64,000 bases of DNA from NCBI GenBank assembly GCA_002633005.1, contig NMRA01000032.1:1220911-1284910 (forward strand), written 5' to 3'. The translations under genes and the position numbers were made by a program. Source of the stretch: Phoronis australis. Taxonomy: Eukaryota > Animalia > Phoronida. Below, one piece after another: positions 50,360-64,000 of this stretch; within the stretch, counting starts at the first letter, position 1; the number at the start of each line of letters is the position of its first letter. The notes beneath the pieces were generated by a model. That model saw only the letters and a list, made by a program, of their open reading frames with translations, had not been told where the DNA came from and made no database searches.

Positions 50360-51709
50360 TTATAAAGCACGATAGATATACGCTCTTCTGCTTAGTAAGT
50401 TCATCTGCCGGTAAATTCATACTGCGTCAATGTTTGAATACAGATTGTTAATAGCAATGTAACGACGTGGAGGATACTTACGCTGCGGCCTTGTATTTTT
50501 CTCTTGGAGATCACTGCTCCGTACTCTGAATCTGGGAATAACTTTAATCTTTCTTGCGTCACTGCGCAAACTAAATCTACCTGGAATATATTAGAGCACA
50601 GTTTTAAATCATTAGTTCATATCTATCGAAGTAACAGTTGAAAAGTTCAAAATTGTATTACGTTTAACGGTACCATGACTAGATTTCAGGTTCTTGGTTT
50701 CAACGAAGAGTCCACTGACAAGTCTGTTCTCAAATTTTTTTATGGAAGTCGCGTCTGTTCTCTACATCGAAGGATTTCATGTTTGTTTTTGTTGTGGGGT
50801 GAAATTTTAGAAATGTTAGAACTGTCTTTTACTGATCACTGCTAATAATTTCGCAATTCGAACAACTATGCAAAATAGCCAAACAACTGCTACAATGTCT
50901 ATTGCAAAGAGCCAGGCTTTGCGTTTCGGTGTTACATAAATTGTAGTCGAAAAGAAAACTGACATCTACAAAAACGACATGAAGTTCAAATCGGTAAAAG
51001 ACGTATCCACGTATAGCATTAGACACATCATGTGTATGTAATTTCTTTTCATATCAACAACCAATATGCCTACTAAACTCTGGTTAGTTCATCACCTTGT
51101 TCTCTTGTTCAGAAACTCTTTGTTTTTTAAGTCTTTTCAGGAAAGCCGGACTTGGCTCAAACACATGCTTGGGGTCAGGCTCTCCGAATTCTTTTTCTAA
51201 TTGTTCTAACATCATGCAGATGTTATCAAGTCTTTGTGCAAGTGCGAGACATCTTGAGCGAGTCTGGTTGCCTTTGGACGCCTCCGTCTGGAGATCCTGC
51301 ATGACCGTGACTATCTCATCGGATGTTTTTGATAACGACAAAGTTATTGCATCTCCTTGAGATGCATAGTCAGCCGATACGATCTCTGCCGCTTCTGAAA
51401 TTGAATGGATTTAATTGACAATTTTTTGCTTATTTGTGAAACTCTGCAAACAAATTAAAAGATCAAATTCTAAAATTAAAAGGAATTTCACTAAATATGG
51501 CTTGTTTTCTTAAAAATGGTGGTCTTACCAGTGTTGCCAATCACGTCATCGCGTTTGCCACCGTCCCCTTGACGTTTCAGAACACATTTGTGGCAAGAGC
51601 ACTGTTTCTTCAACTTCTTCAAGGCATAGTGCCTCGCTCTTTGCAGAAATGACTCCTTTTTGCCGCCTTTTGAACCATTTTGTTTCCTTCTCTTCGGAAT
51701 GCAAGGCAT
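50360..51709 (-). CDS. Unrecognised 4-exon gene, copy 4
   Basis: Exon 1 is 51529-51709 and exon 2 starts at 51394. Exons 3 and 4 are open with splice sites conserved. Confidence 0.62.
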
Positions 51710-53146
51710 TTTGAAACTTTTGTGTAGCTTCACTACTACCAAAGTGACGTCACGTAATTGTTGAATTATTAAATATGACGTAAACTCCCGAATTTCAACG
51801 TAAGTCAGCGAGAAAAAAATGCTGATATGGGAAACATGAAAGCATATCAAAGAAGCAGATTTTAGTTGGCCTGCGTTTTTTCATGGGATGGGATGCTAAC
51901 TCCCGAACATAACCCATTTTTTACTTGTTGGAACTTGCGACCCCGGGCTTTCAAGGGACTGGCCGCGAGTGTTTGCACTGAATTTTCCGACAGAGTTTTG
52001 AAATCCTTCTGAAACCTTCCTTGGACTATTTGCGCTTTTCCATCCCTTTTTTCACTGACGACTGTAGTTGAACGCTCGGGTGTCTCTCAGGCGTGCAGTG
52101 GTCTAATCTCTGTTCGAGGGCAACATGTGCTCCAGACTTTTCTTATCATTTCCACGACACATGCCTCATTTATTTTTCAATTGACTCAAAATTTGTCCAG
52201 AATGTATAATTTAAGCTGAGTCATCCCCTGTCAATAGTGCGTTTTTCAGACCCAAATTGTAATAAAGACCTAGGATCCGCTGTTTTCGTTGTCACATACG
52301 TTTGTGATGTCTGAATGACAACGTGTTGAGCTCGGTAAAACTCGTTATTGTATAGTGTTTTATCTGTGAGAGTATCAAGGCACCTTAAAAATCCCGTACG
52401 GAATTATGTGCCTGAGCTTACCAGATTATTTTTTAGATTTTTGAACGTTTAAATTTAACCAGTAAGCAAAAGTGTGTGAAATGACCTTAGCATATTTTTG
52501 TACTTTTGTATTTATCATGGCTCAAATGTTTTTCAAGCATTGTTTAAAATGCTCAACGCAAGCCACCATTTAATTTTTAAAGTTCTTGGTGATAAAAAAG
52601 TAAATTATGCATTGCAATGGTGTCCAGGTATCGATTATAATGTGACTGTGTTTAATTTAATAACTCTTGATGTTTATAAGATTTCTTGAGATACAAATCA
52701 TGTTGTGTTTACTGTGTTACTAGTAAACCCTACATTAATTGATATTACAAGTCGATCTCCTTAAAATATTTTCGCATGATCAATCATCATCTGAACTCTA
52801 ATGCGATACCAAAATCACATACCTAGGACAAATAGAAACAAAATACATATTTTAACACTAGGCCAATGGGAAAAGTGTTACCTTTTTACTGTCATTAGAA
52901 CTTTCCGCAACTCCGTCGTTTTTCAACCGAATGACACGAGAGTCAGTTCATTAGAAAACTCTTTATCATCTTCCGATGTTGTATGTTTATAGCAGAAGCG
53001 AAAGATGAGTAATTTGCTTCATAAATAATTACCAATTTGCATACATGGCAGATTTGAAAAATATTTTAAATTTTAAAAACAAAGAGTGTTACCAAAATGT
53101 GAAATGTAAGTGAGTACTATAATGAAGCTCTTCCTGTACTAATTGG

Positions 53147-54817
53147 GTGAATAATAATTAATTAATTAGTGGTTAATTATGTGCAACGCCATTTACCTTA
53201 GGGTAGAATAGTAACATAAAGATTTAATGAACTAGTCGGTTATATAAATGACTAATTAAACCACTAGGGAAATAATTTCAATGATTGCTACCGGATGTAG
53301 ACATAAATTTAAATATGAATCCACCACAGTTGCTGTTAAGAATTGTCAGCCATTCATCCAAAATTATACGTCTCTGTATATTAATTTGACCTTTGGTGCC
53401 GTTTGATATAATTACATTCTCAGCAAAAATTCAGGCTGCTGTGACATTTACAAAGAATGAGAAAGTAATTACTTCAACTACCTAACCGAATTTTTCAGAC
53501 AAACGTGTTTTGATAAATATGCACATATTTAGTTAAGATATCTTTGTACCCAATTGCCAAATAATTATAAGTGAAAGTATTGATTTTGTTAAATGCGGCT
53601 GATCTTATTTTGGGGAACGCCCTAGTCGCCGCGCGTCTCTAAGTGGTCGTTATGTCGCAAAATGGGCGTGGCGGCCCTGTGCTGGCGTGAAAAACGAAAA
53701 TCACAGTAACGCACGGAAGATGTGGGTCCCAGGTTTAGACTCTTCTGCACAGGACTGTGGAAAATCAAAAGCCAGACAAGTGAGTTTTGATCAGAATGTC
53801 CAATTAAAACATAGAAGGCGTCTCCAAAGATCATTGTTAGAAATATTTTTCTCTTCCTAATCAAAAACAGCTAAGTTTCAACTTTATTTGAATACCAAAA
53901 TAAAAACTGATGTTTCAGGTGTCGATGGCGGTAACGAGCAGCAGAACCGGTTCTCTTATCTGTACAATTCAGCATACTCCNGTGAATAATAATTAATTAA
54001 TTAGTGGTTAATTATGTGCAACGCCATTTATCTTAGGGTAGAATAGTAACATAAAGATTTAATGAACTAGTCGGTTATATAAATGACTAATTAAACCACC
54101 AGGGAAATAATTTCAATGATTGCTACCGGATGTAGACATAAATTTAAATATGAATCCACCACAGTTGCTGTTAAGAATTGTCAGGCATTCATCCAAAATT
54201 ATACGTCTCTGTATATTAATTTGACCTCTTGTCCTGTTTGATATAATTACAATCTTCTGTAAAAATTCAGGCTGCTGTGACATTTACAAAGAATGAGAAA
54301 GTAATTACTTCAACTACCTAACCGAATTTTTCAGACAAAAGTGTTTTGATAAATATGCACATATTTAGTTAAGATATCTTTGTACCCAATTGCCAAATAA
54401 TTATAAGTGAAAGTATTGATTTTGTTAAATGCGGCTGATCTTATTTTGGGGAACGCCCTAGTCGCCGCGCGTCTCTAAAGTGGTCGTTATGTCGCAAAAT
54501 GGGCGTGGCGGCCCTGTGCTGGCGTGAAAAACGAAAATCACAGTAACGCACGGAAGATGTGGGTCCCAGGTTTAGACTCTTCTGCACAGGACTGTGGAAA
54601 ATCAAAAGCCAGACAAGTGAGTTTTGATCAGAATGTCCAATTAAAACATAGAAGGCGTCTCCAAAGATCATTGTTAGAAATATTTTTCTCTTCCTAATCA
54701 AAAACAGCTAAGTTTCAACTTTATTTGAATACCAAAATAAAAACTGATGTTTCAGGTGTCGATGGCGGTAACGAGCAGCAGAACCGGTTCTCTTATCTGT
54801 ACAATTCAGCATACTCC
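53147..54817. repeat. Near-identical duplication of about 835 bp across the single n at 53981 (likely contig overlap or haplotype artefact)
   Basis: 53147-53980 matches 53982-54817. Confidence 0.85.
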
Positions 54818-55182
54818 AATTTGCTTGTTACGTGAAGAAATATGATGTTGTTGTCCTTCAATATAGCCATTTCGCTTTAGCAGGGAACCTCATCAAATTT
54901 TACCCTAAACCATTTTTACCATCGACAGAGAGAAATTATATACAATAAGATCTTTCAATTGCGAAAATTTCGGCGAAGCCAAATAGATCCGTGTGAAGTA
55001 AAAGAACCCTGGAAGACACCGCCAACTTTTAACAAAATACGTTCTCCTCAACACACACAGCACAATAAACAAAAACCCAGATACCACAGGACATTTTCGA
55101 GTTCACGACTTTGGTTCACCTTTTACAACTTAGAAAGCAACTGGAACAACAAAAGAAACGAAATCAGGTTATTTGTACAAAA

Positions 55183-57944
55183 TTTATTATCATTTGTGCA
55201 AAGAAATACAATTTCTTCTAAAAGACAAGTACAGGTACAAAACATACAACTATTGACTACCACATTGATGGAAATCGCGTACCTATGTGTCTACCAAAGG
55301 CATAAAATGCACTTGAAAACTGGGCTCTTCCCAAATAATTCAGAATATGACACTCAGTTTAGGGTCAGTGTGACAATTTCTGAATGCAGGCAACAGGGGG
55401 TTAGCCATACAGGCTTGCTCACGATGTAAGAATCATAAAAAAACGAATCACATTCATCAAGTCATTTTGCTTTTCATCCGTAATTATTATGCCTGTTCAC
55501 GAAAATAAGTTTACTTTGGAATTTATTTTTATTTGCAGCTATTTACACATGGTCTAATTGTGAAATTTTGGAAACGATAGACTGATGTCAATGCTGGCTA
55601 TATCCACTGGTAGCTCTAATGAATAACTTTTTAGTATGTTTACACAAATTCAGTTAACAAGTTTACAATATGTATTTGCTGATTTGTTTTTAACAAAGTA
55701 ATGAATCCTAGCAGAAACAAAACAAAAATCAGTGACTAGCTAAAACAAAACACAGCCTACATCCTTTGTTTATACAACTACAGTGACTAGACGGAACACA
55801 ATGGGGGGATACATAATACAAAAATATGTACAGATCAGACTGTCAACAGAAATTTCAGCAAAATCACCTCTGAGTGTTCTCCACACTTTGCAAACATTTG
55901 GTAATGACTATATACAATAAAACTGGTTTTCAAACTGTCCAGACCAGGACTGGGATGCATAAAAATTTTAAAACTCATCCACTGCATAAGTTTGATAATT
56001 GAATGATGTCAACTACATCCTTCAATAATACCAACATGACGGGCGATGCAATGTCATAATTGCTATCCAGTGTAAAAAACTTTTATGCAACTGGGCCCAG
56101 GACTCCATTTTGCGTGGTCATTGCACAGAAGCTGGCAATACGTTCTTACTTTGACAACTGTTTACAAACCACTGCAACATAAGTGTATGCTTTACTCGAG
56201 CTCGGGATGCTTGCTATACTCCGATACACATATAAATGATATGTCAAGGGTAGACTTACACTGCAAATGATTTGACCATCAGATCTGTTACACAACTGAA
56301 AAATATGAAGGCGAGTAGCTTCAGCCCCAAACTGCTAAACACAAATCAATAAATAAAGCCTGGTGCTCAGGTTAACTGCCTATAGTGAATGACGTGTCAA
56401 CAATACTACATACAACAGAGGCAACTCTCTCACATAGACACACGTTTCTCAACTGATTGTCGTTTTCACAGCTTAATTCAAAGCTCATAAAATGCTCAAC
56501 ATATATTCGTTTGTACACTCGAGTACACAATAATACAAAATCGTAACTGGTTGACAAATAAGATGCTTCATTTCATAAGCATACCCTCATTTCAAGTAAT
56601 ATATCGCACAGGGAAATTAAAGTTGCTTACACACAAAAAACTTTTGTGCTATGTGCCAACCTAATGTTCATGAAGACATCGTCACATTTTAAATTGCCTT
56701 GCAGCCGAGAAAATGAGTTATTTGTAAATGCTACACAGTTTCACCTCGGCACAGTCTGCACAGTCTACAAGAACGTTCAACTGAGTTTTGTCCTCACACA
56801 CCAACTGCCCACGAAAAGTTGACAAGTCAGGTTAAACGACACAAACATTCAAGCACAATATCGATTAGTGTATTTTTGACATGCAGAACACAAGTCAACA
56901 GACCCTACAAGCAATGCTTATACAATAATGAAAAAAGTCCGCACAATACAATCAGTATTTCTACACAACAAATTGAAGTTTCTGGAAGCTGAAAACACAG
57001 TCATAGGAAGCAATTTTTGTGAGTGCACTTTTTACATTTAGCTTTTACCATCATTTTACAGCAGCATCTATTTCAGACAATAAGCTATAAAACTGTTTTC
57101 TCTAACTCGGTAGCTGTCCAACAGAGAAAATCAAACGTGGATATCCCTGCCTAGCAGTCAGTTGCGAAATTTTAAGCAGTTTCTGCTTTCATTTGGTCCC
57201 ACCAGAACTGTGATCAACAATGGCATCGCCTCGAACAAATTCGTCGATATGAACTCTCAGAATAAACACAAAACTCAATCACAAGTAATATTCACCAAAA
57301 CATAATCTTTGATCATTGATAAATTACTTCTACGAACAAATTTATGTTTTACAATCAAGCTCACTAAGCATGAAATAAAAATAACAGCGAATGCTTTGAA
57401 AATGCATTCCATGCTGTTCATTTTATTTCCACGTTCACAAACAAGTCACAAACTGGCCATAAACGACCGACAATGTATAATAATTAAATTAAGATACACA
57501 ATACATGCAGTACCGTAAGAGCTAACAGATACATTAAACAGGCAGTAAACAATAAACAGATGGTAAACAAGAGTTAACAAAACTTGGTTCTCCTCTGGAA
57601 GCTAATAGTTCAGTTCCCCATAAACTGAAACAGTACTCTGTCATTAGTCAATTCTCACGAACACCGTCAGAGATTTCTAAGTAAACGTTTCTTACGTATA
57701 CGCAGGCTTAAAGCTTTTCTTCTTTGATCGACGCAGTTTGCTTTCAACTCGTAAGAATTGCCGCTGCTTCCCATGCCACCTATACTCTGTTGAAAGATGG
57801 CTTCCGCAGTCCACATGTTTGGAGTACAACCGTGACTGTCCTTGCCACTCTTAAACATGAATACAAGCTCCTGGAACACACTTTGGGCACTGACCTACTA
57901 CATGTGGTCATGAGCGTCCTATCACTCGTGCGTGTAAACGTGCC
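55183..57944 (-). other. Probable long 3' UTR of the neogenin/DCC gene
   Basis: Non-coding sequence, T-rich on the transcribed strand, downstream of the stop codon. A candidate AATAAA on the minus strand lies at 55183-55188. The extent is inferred. Confidence 0.35.
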
Positions 57945-60900
57945 TCAGCATTCAAACTCGTTCTGTGTAATGGCGTTTAGGTCTTTCATCAGGCCTTCTA
58001 AGTTGGCCATTTCTGCTGTCAGCTCTTCTGTGCTGTTGGCTCTCTGGAAACAATGATTAGAATCGTGATAAATGCTAACTGCAGAAAGAAACTGAGTACA
58101 GCTGCTATCTCTTCAAAATCAATCACAGCCAAACACCAACGCAAAGCTAACACTTTGCTACAATAGCAGCATCTGAATTCACATGCAGAACATGTACATA
58201 GCAACCAACTTTCACATTCCATTACTATATAGTGCAACAGTAAACAGGGATGAACCTACTAAAAATAAACAGCCTGAGGGTAAAATTTTCTCTGCTTAAC
58301 TAGCTTGTCATTAGTGACTTAGTGAAGATATCACGGCTAAACCATTCAAGACAGACCTCCCACACTTACCCCAAAAGATATCACCAAAAGATGTCTTCCT
58401 CTCATGCGAGATTAGTATTTATCACATACTGATATTAGTAATTGACAGTTAAATTTGCAGAATGGTACATGCTACACAAGCCTTTGAAAATAAACCATGT
58501 GGAACAACGGTGCAGACTGCATTGGGCTGGGATCACAAAGCAATCATAAATGAAGTAGCTTCTACTAGCGATAACAGAGGGCACTTGTCACATGCCAGGG
58601 GCCAGGGGCAGATAATTACCAGTATCCAATGTGTACACGAGGGTGCTAAACGTGAACCAACAGAACTGAATTTTAATTTGCAAACAAGAAAAAGGAGGTT
58701 GATGTGATTTCACAACACCAATATTTTAGGCAACAACTTGCAACCTGTAAGCCATTCTAAGCTCAGATGTTGAAAGAAAACTTTCTACTCGTGGGAGAGT
58801 GTGCCCAGTTTTGACTTAAGTGTGCTACGCAAGAATTGCAAAGCATGAACAAATATCAAATAGATACGTGGCAAAAGTTTAGAAATGGAGCAACATAAGT
58901 ATTTGAAAAACTATTAATGAAACCCGATCACCAAAGATATTGTAAGACAAAAGTTTGTCACACTCTTAACTACAACAACTATTCATATGCCACCAGTGTA
59001 TACAACATGACAAACATTTCTCATTCCATTTGAGCCAATGTGGCTAAATAGGTTCTCAACCGGTTCTTAATTTCATAAAAAGAATGCCAATTGTCTACCA
59101 AATAAAAATAGTACTTCAATGCCAACAGAAGACAGTAATCCCAATCTTGGTTTCTTGTTCATCCAATGAATGAATACATTCAGCAACACAATCAATTCCA
59201 TAGTGTACTCCTCTGTTGGTTTTGTTTTCTACAGCGCAATTGAAAATATTTTTATCTGCTACTTGAGAGAAAATTGAGAATTTTTTCAATTGTAAAAATG
59301 AAATTGTTTTTTTTTGCAACAAAAATGTGTGCTTCCCAACAACAAAAAGTAGACAAGTTAAATATCTAATCAATCGACTCACCACACAGGAGTGAGATAG
59401 GGCAAGGAAAGGAACAATACTTTAAGGGTCGCACAACCGATTTCAACAGTTTCCACAGATTGGTAAACAGTACTCATACTCTGCAGCCAGCAAAAGTGAT
59501 GGACCAAAACGAGATGCAAAATGGCAACATGAAATTTTTGCTACTTAGTTTTACATAATCAGGTACAGAAAAAGTCACATAAACTAGACATGCAAAAGTC
59601 AGATTTTCACTTAACTCGGACAAAATTCAGCAAAATATGGTGAGTTTTACCATAATTCATATATTCAAACGATGACTCATAACTGAGTTTCACAACTGCA
59701 AGTAATTCTGCATAGGAATGCGTCATGGAATTGATTGAGCTGTTTACACATGACATACGAACACGGAGATCATACGACAGTCTCGCGTGTCATCCCACCT
59801 GTATTTCCATTTCCTCCTTGCCTTGCATCGTCACGTCCGGTGCCCGTGGCATCACCACAGGTAGCGGCGGCTTGCTCTGTACTGCGCCGCTGGGCGGCAC
59901 GCCCTGCGATGAGGAGGAGGACGCTTTCCTATAGGGGCTCATTAGTGGAGGCTGAGGCTTGACTACAAAGCAAGAAGTTAACAGGGGTTACCGCCGAGGT
60001 CAGACAGTAAGCAGGCACAGATCGTTTGGCGGGGCACAGTCAGTGCTCACGTCACTGTACAGTTTGGCAGCCGAGACATAGCAGCAAACAGACGGATGTA
60101 CAGAGAGCCTCTTACCCATGCGTTTAGCTTGACTTGGCATGACAAAGACAAGTACACATCAACAGGCCAGTTACTAAGTATAGGACACATGATGGTATGT
60201 AGGAATACCAGCACCTTAATCGTTACCCCAGCACGACTGTATACATTGACTGACATGCATGGACAAGCAAACACTGGAGTACAGTGAATCGCATTCTCAT
60301 TTGTTTCGACTACAATATCCAATGCAAAAAGCCAAGACCCACTAAACAACTACCATTTATTAATTGATGTATGGCAACAGTTGTGTGTTGATGCAAGGGC
60401 ACAGCAGTCCAGTATCAAATCACTATGTACATGGAAAAGGGAGATCGAGCAATTGTTTTTCGAAAGAGAGCCATGCACTCCATAAACTTCCAAAGAACTA
60501 TCCAACAGAAATTAAAAAAAAAATTATTTCGCCAAGTAATAAACACAAAAACTGTACATCCATTCATAACCAGTCCAGTAAAATTGCTATGGTAGAGGGG
60601 TAAGGCACTTGACATAAAAAATGTGAATGGTTGTGTTCAGAACAAATACAACATAATACATTACTGATTACTAGTGCTTTTTAATACAAAAATTGTCAAG
60701 GTGGGTATTGTCGCATGTCCTAAGCAACAAAGTACGCATGCACCAAACCACATGTGTACTAGTTACATCCTAACACAGTACAACACCATAACTGATCGAT
60801 TCTGCTGGCACGACCAGTACGACTTATGAAATTCAAGTATACTGCTTTAAAGACCAAATGTAATTGAGAGAGGAGGCAGTGTGGCCTAGTGGGTCGAGTG

Positions 60901-63683
60901 TCCCCTCCTGTTCTCAAGGTTGTGTGTTCAAATTCCACTGGAACCCACTACTAGACCTTTGAGTCAGGTCGCTAGCTCCTCAGCTTGGTCTGGATTTGTG
61001 TATGTGTCTATGCGTGTTATATGTGTATGTTAATAAGTGATAATGGTCTCAAGTGTTTGGTACAATGTGCCTGGCTGAGTGGCCTGTGCACGTCTGGTGA
61101 AACGTGTATCAGACAACCTGCACTATTTTGTAATTAAAATTGCATTCCGTTGTAATTTAAAAAATATTGGTGATGATTTAGGGAGTACAACAAGTGTCTC
61201 TCCTTCTGTATGGATTTTACTGGAATAAGCCTATAAAGTGGACCTAGGATATTATGACATGAGCTCAACCATCAACTCCAAGTGACTGACACTCGGAAGC
61301 CTTTTTCTGGTATGCTTTTTTCAAATCTTGTTCGCCAATCATTTAATTGTACACAATAACAATCAGAACGACGGAATAACTAATTCCAAGAAATAATTGA
61401 TAGTACAGATTACGATTATAAACTTGATAGAAATGGCACAGAAACGTTTTGAAGCAGTTTCAATCACACAAAAGCAGTTGATGTTCAGTCACACAGGATT
61501 ATGCTCGTTAGTTACTTTCCCTAAATTCGAAAATCAGTTGAGAGTGATCCTACCAATGTGCTTAGGCGTGGGAGTAGTTGGCACACTGCCAGAGGGAGGA
61601 CCAGGCACTGAGAAGCTCTTGAGTGGGTGCACCGGCCGCGGACCCTTATCACTGCCGAGGGTGGACGCAGGAGAGCCACAGTACTTCTCTTCTGCTGGTG
61701 ACTGGGGTCCTGTAAAGGGTGGAGGTTAAAGGTTAAAGGTTTAGTTGAAGCATGAGGGTGCAACACAGGAGAAACTGTGAGGTGATGTCAATTTGGAGGG
61801 AAATATTAACAGCCACACAGCACATATTTGGTTATAATTGATAAGAAACACAGGTCAAGAGATCCTTCCTTGAACGTGTGGTACAGTCATAGATTGCCTG
61901 GGCCCACGGTCTAAACTTTTGTACTCGAGATTGAAATTTTTTACGTTCTCCTTTAATGACATGAGGATAAGTTTCTATTTTTCTACACTCAAGTATATCG
62001 TTTATATTGCTGAGTGTCTAGTCCACGTTCTCACTTGATGACCCCTCGATTCGAGTCATCAAGTACAAACCAGGATTTGACAGTCGTCTCTATAAACCAT
62101 AGTGTACTCCAGCACAGAGTAGCTGACACTTGAATTCGCACAAAAGTAGACCGGAAAATGTCAAAAATAATTCCAAGCTCCATTTTGAGTACAAATATTA
62201 GACCCGGGTCCTGGTGAGCAGGTCTGTGATAGATGGTCATACATATCCTTAAGACGATGCATAAAATGACAAAAACAATTCCAGACTGATCTTCAGACAA
62301 GAAAGAAAATAATACCAATGAGTACAAAGGTCATGAAAAGGTTATGAATACACACAGTGAGAACGTAATGTGCAGATACGATTTCACCAGTTCTGCACAC
62401 CAAACAGGCTACTCTCGACTTGCACATCTGTTTAATGGTTATAGTTTACTTTGACAGCATGACACGAGTCATTTCCCACACAACAGCAAAAAGCAAATTC
62501 AATCACAAGTTGAAATCCAATGCAAGAAGACACACAAGACTGTTAGGGCAAGAAAAAGGTTATAAAAGCTCTATTCTGTGTTCAGTAACAAAAAAAAAAA
62601 ATTCAAGGCACAAAGAAAACTCCGTCTAAAGAACACACTAATTACAGAAATGCGAAAATACACTTCAAGTAAACCAAGAGCTTGAAAGAGGACACTGGAG
62701 AACTATAGGGGACGTGGAGACAAAAAACGTTCTCAGCAAATATCTAGGTTCATCCTATTTCGTACAAATTACAACTTCATAATCGGTTAATGTTTCATTC
62801 TTCATCAAAGATACAAATAACCATAAAATTAGTTTCATTGTGAGAATTTTAGATAAAAAAATCAATATTCACCATCTTGCACGTCATTTTGAGATTTCCT
62901 GTCTCAAAAAGACTGCATTTCTCAATCTGGTGTCATTTTAGACATTTGGTCAATGCGCATTTCAAACCATTGGTATAGACATTTTGTAAGGTAGCATTCA
63001 GCATTGACTATGGTGTCAAACAAGTTAGATTTATTAGCAGTTTAAGAGGCAGAAAAACTTGGACATACGAGGAAACTATTTCTGCTGCCGTGTATATCAT
63101 AACTAGCACCCGAGCCAGGGAATGTGGTATTTGACATCATGGAAGAGCAAAAGTTGCTCCGATATTTTGTATTGTGAGTAGTGGCCATAAATAATCCCTG
63201 CATAACAAGCACGGCAGGATAACAAAGTTGCTTTGACCAGCGTCTTTAGATCATCTCTCCTGCCTCTTAGTCATAACAAGCAAGGCAAGGTTAACAGTTG
63301 CTGTGATCTTAGCAGACAAAGTTACCAGCAGTGGCTATAGATAAACTCTACTGCCATGTATATCGTTACTAACAAAGCAGGGCTAACAGTTGCTGTGATC
63401 TTAGCAGACGTGTTATGAGCAAAGGCTATAGATCATTTCTACTGCCCTTTAATCATAACTAACAGAGCAGGGTTAACAGTTGCTAAGACCTCAGCAGACG
63501 TGTTATGAGCAGAGGCTATAGATCATTTCTACTGCCCTTTAGTCACAACAGAGCAGGTTTATCAGCTAGTGCTATCTCAGCAGACGTGCGTTATGATCAG
63601 CGGCTTACTTATTGGCTCAGCAAACTGCGGAGGGCATCTCTTGATGGTTCCCATGCGATCAAGCGAGTCATCGGAGGGGGCCT
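57945..63683 (-). CDS. NEO1: DCC/neogenin/frazzled netrin receptor, last four exons (cytoplasmic P2 and P3 motifs); the gene continues beyond the window
   Basis: Phase-compatible exons: 63609-63683 (APSDDSLDRMGTIKR), 61554-61709 (VHPLKSFSVPGPP, P2 motif), 59799-59962 (KPPLPVVMPRAPDV), 57945-58043 (STEELTAEMANLEGLMKDLNAITQNEFEC*, P3 motif with a Frazzled-like end). The symbol denotes the family (NEO1/DCC/fra). Confidence 0.93.
60871..61110 (+). mobile_element. tRNA-derived SINE (same family as 2208-2420), intronic
   Basis: AGGAGGCAGTGTGGCCTAGTGG...GTTCAAATTCC...CTAGCTCCTCAGCTTGG...CACGTCTGGTGAAACGTGTATC. Confidence 0.8.
63200..63600. repeat. Degenerate intronic tandem repeat, unit about 85-90 bp, 4-5 copies
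   Basis: TAACAGTTGCTGTGATCTTAGCAGAC...GGCTATAGATCATTTCTACTGCC recurs. Confidence 0.75.
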
Positions 63684-64000
63684 CTGTAACAACATGCAGA
63701 GAGAGACAGGGGTGACATGCGGGTCTATCACAACACAGGTTCATAGGCAGACAGCACAGGCTGGAGAGAAACTATAACAGGAGTGCTGGGGTCTGTTTAA
63801 TGAAAAGTGATTTGAGACTTAAGATTATGTAGGACTGTACATTTAGCCAAATATCTACAAGACTATAGACTTTAACTCATTAGAAATTTATATTTTCTGA
63901 AAGAAATTTCATTCAAGTCGATTATTGACTTTATACGAATCTGTCACTAATTAGATCATGTCACCATACCTTTTTAGGAAAATTTAGTGAAAAAGAAAGG

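Larger units (their letters stand above)
24070..52406. repeat. Tandem segmental array: 4 units of about 6 kb separated by 3 Penelope-like fragments (period about 6.8 kb)
   Basis: Homologous ORF ends lie at 28688, 35495, 42385 and 51084 (spacings 6807, 6890, 8699; the last includes the 1.96-kb LINE). Approximate units: 24070-30022, 30875-36836, (gap)38491-43728, 44590-52406. Confidence 0.92.

Noticed and set aside
24070-52406. Whole unit as a Helitron, Polinton or endogenous virus tandem
   Set aside because: No Rep/helicase, polB, integrase or capsid motifs and no convincing Helitron ends or TIRs at unit boundaries. The boundaries coincide with the PLE fragment instead.
53147-54817. Duplicated 80-86 aa ORFs (MIRKRKIFL...) as a gene pair
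   Set aside because: The duplication sits exactly across a single-n join, the ORFs start at non-ATG codons, and no motif is recognisable.

Overview
Repeat-rich eukaryotic (invertebrate animal-like) draft genome sequence with spliceosomal GT-AG introns, three N-gaps and three single-n joins. No prokaryotic operons, CRISPR arrays, rRNA or intact tRNA genes were seen. Genes read by hand, all on the minus strand: (i) a 3-exon KolX/P2X7-intracellular-domain-like gene (5508-7639) beside one Kolobok-like terminus; (ii) a multi-exon beta-propeller-like gene (12831 to at least 18491) whose last three exons are duplicated across a gap; (iii) the last four exons of a DCC/neogenin/frazzled receptor (57945-63683). 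The centre (about 24070-52406) is a four-copy tandem array with a period of about 6.8 kb. Each unit holds a 67-bp minisatellite block and an unrecognised 4-exon gene of about 207 aa that is open in all copies. A 5'-truncated Penelope-like (Naiad-like) fragment, with RT thumb, GIY-YIG and a minimal hammerhead motif, sits at each of the three internal junctions and is absent from both outer ends. Copy-specific insertions are a young RTE-X-like LINE with an 11-bp TSD and a 76-bp MITE. tRNA-derived SINEs, MITEs and other tandem repeats are also present. Family assignments come from recalled motifs, not database searches.
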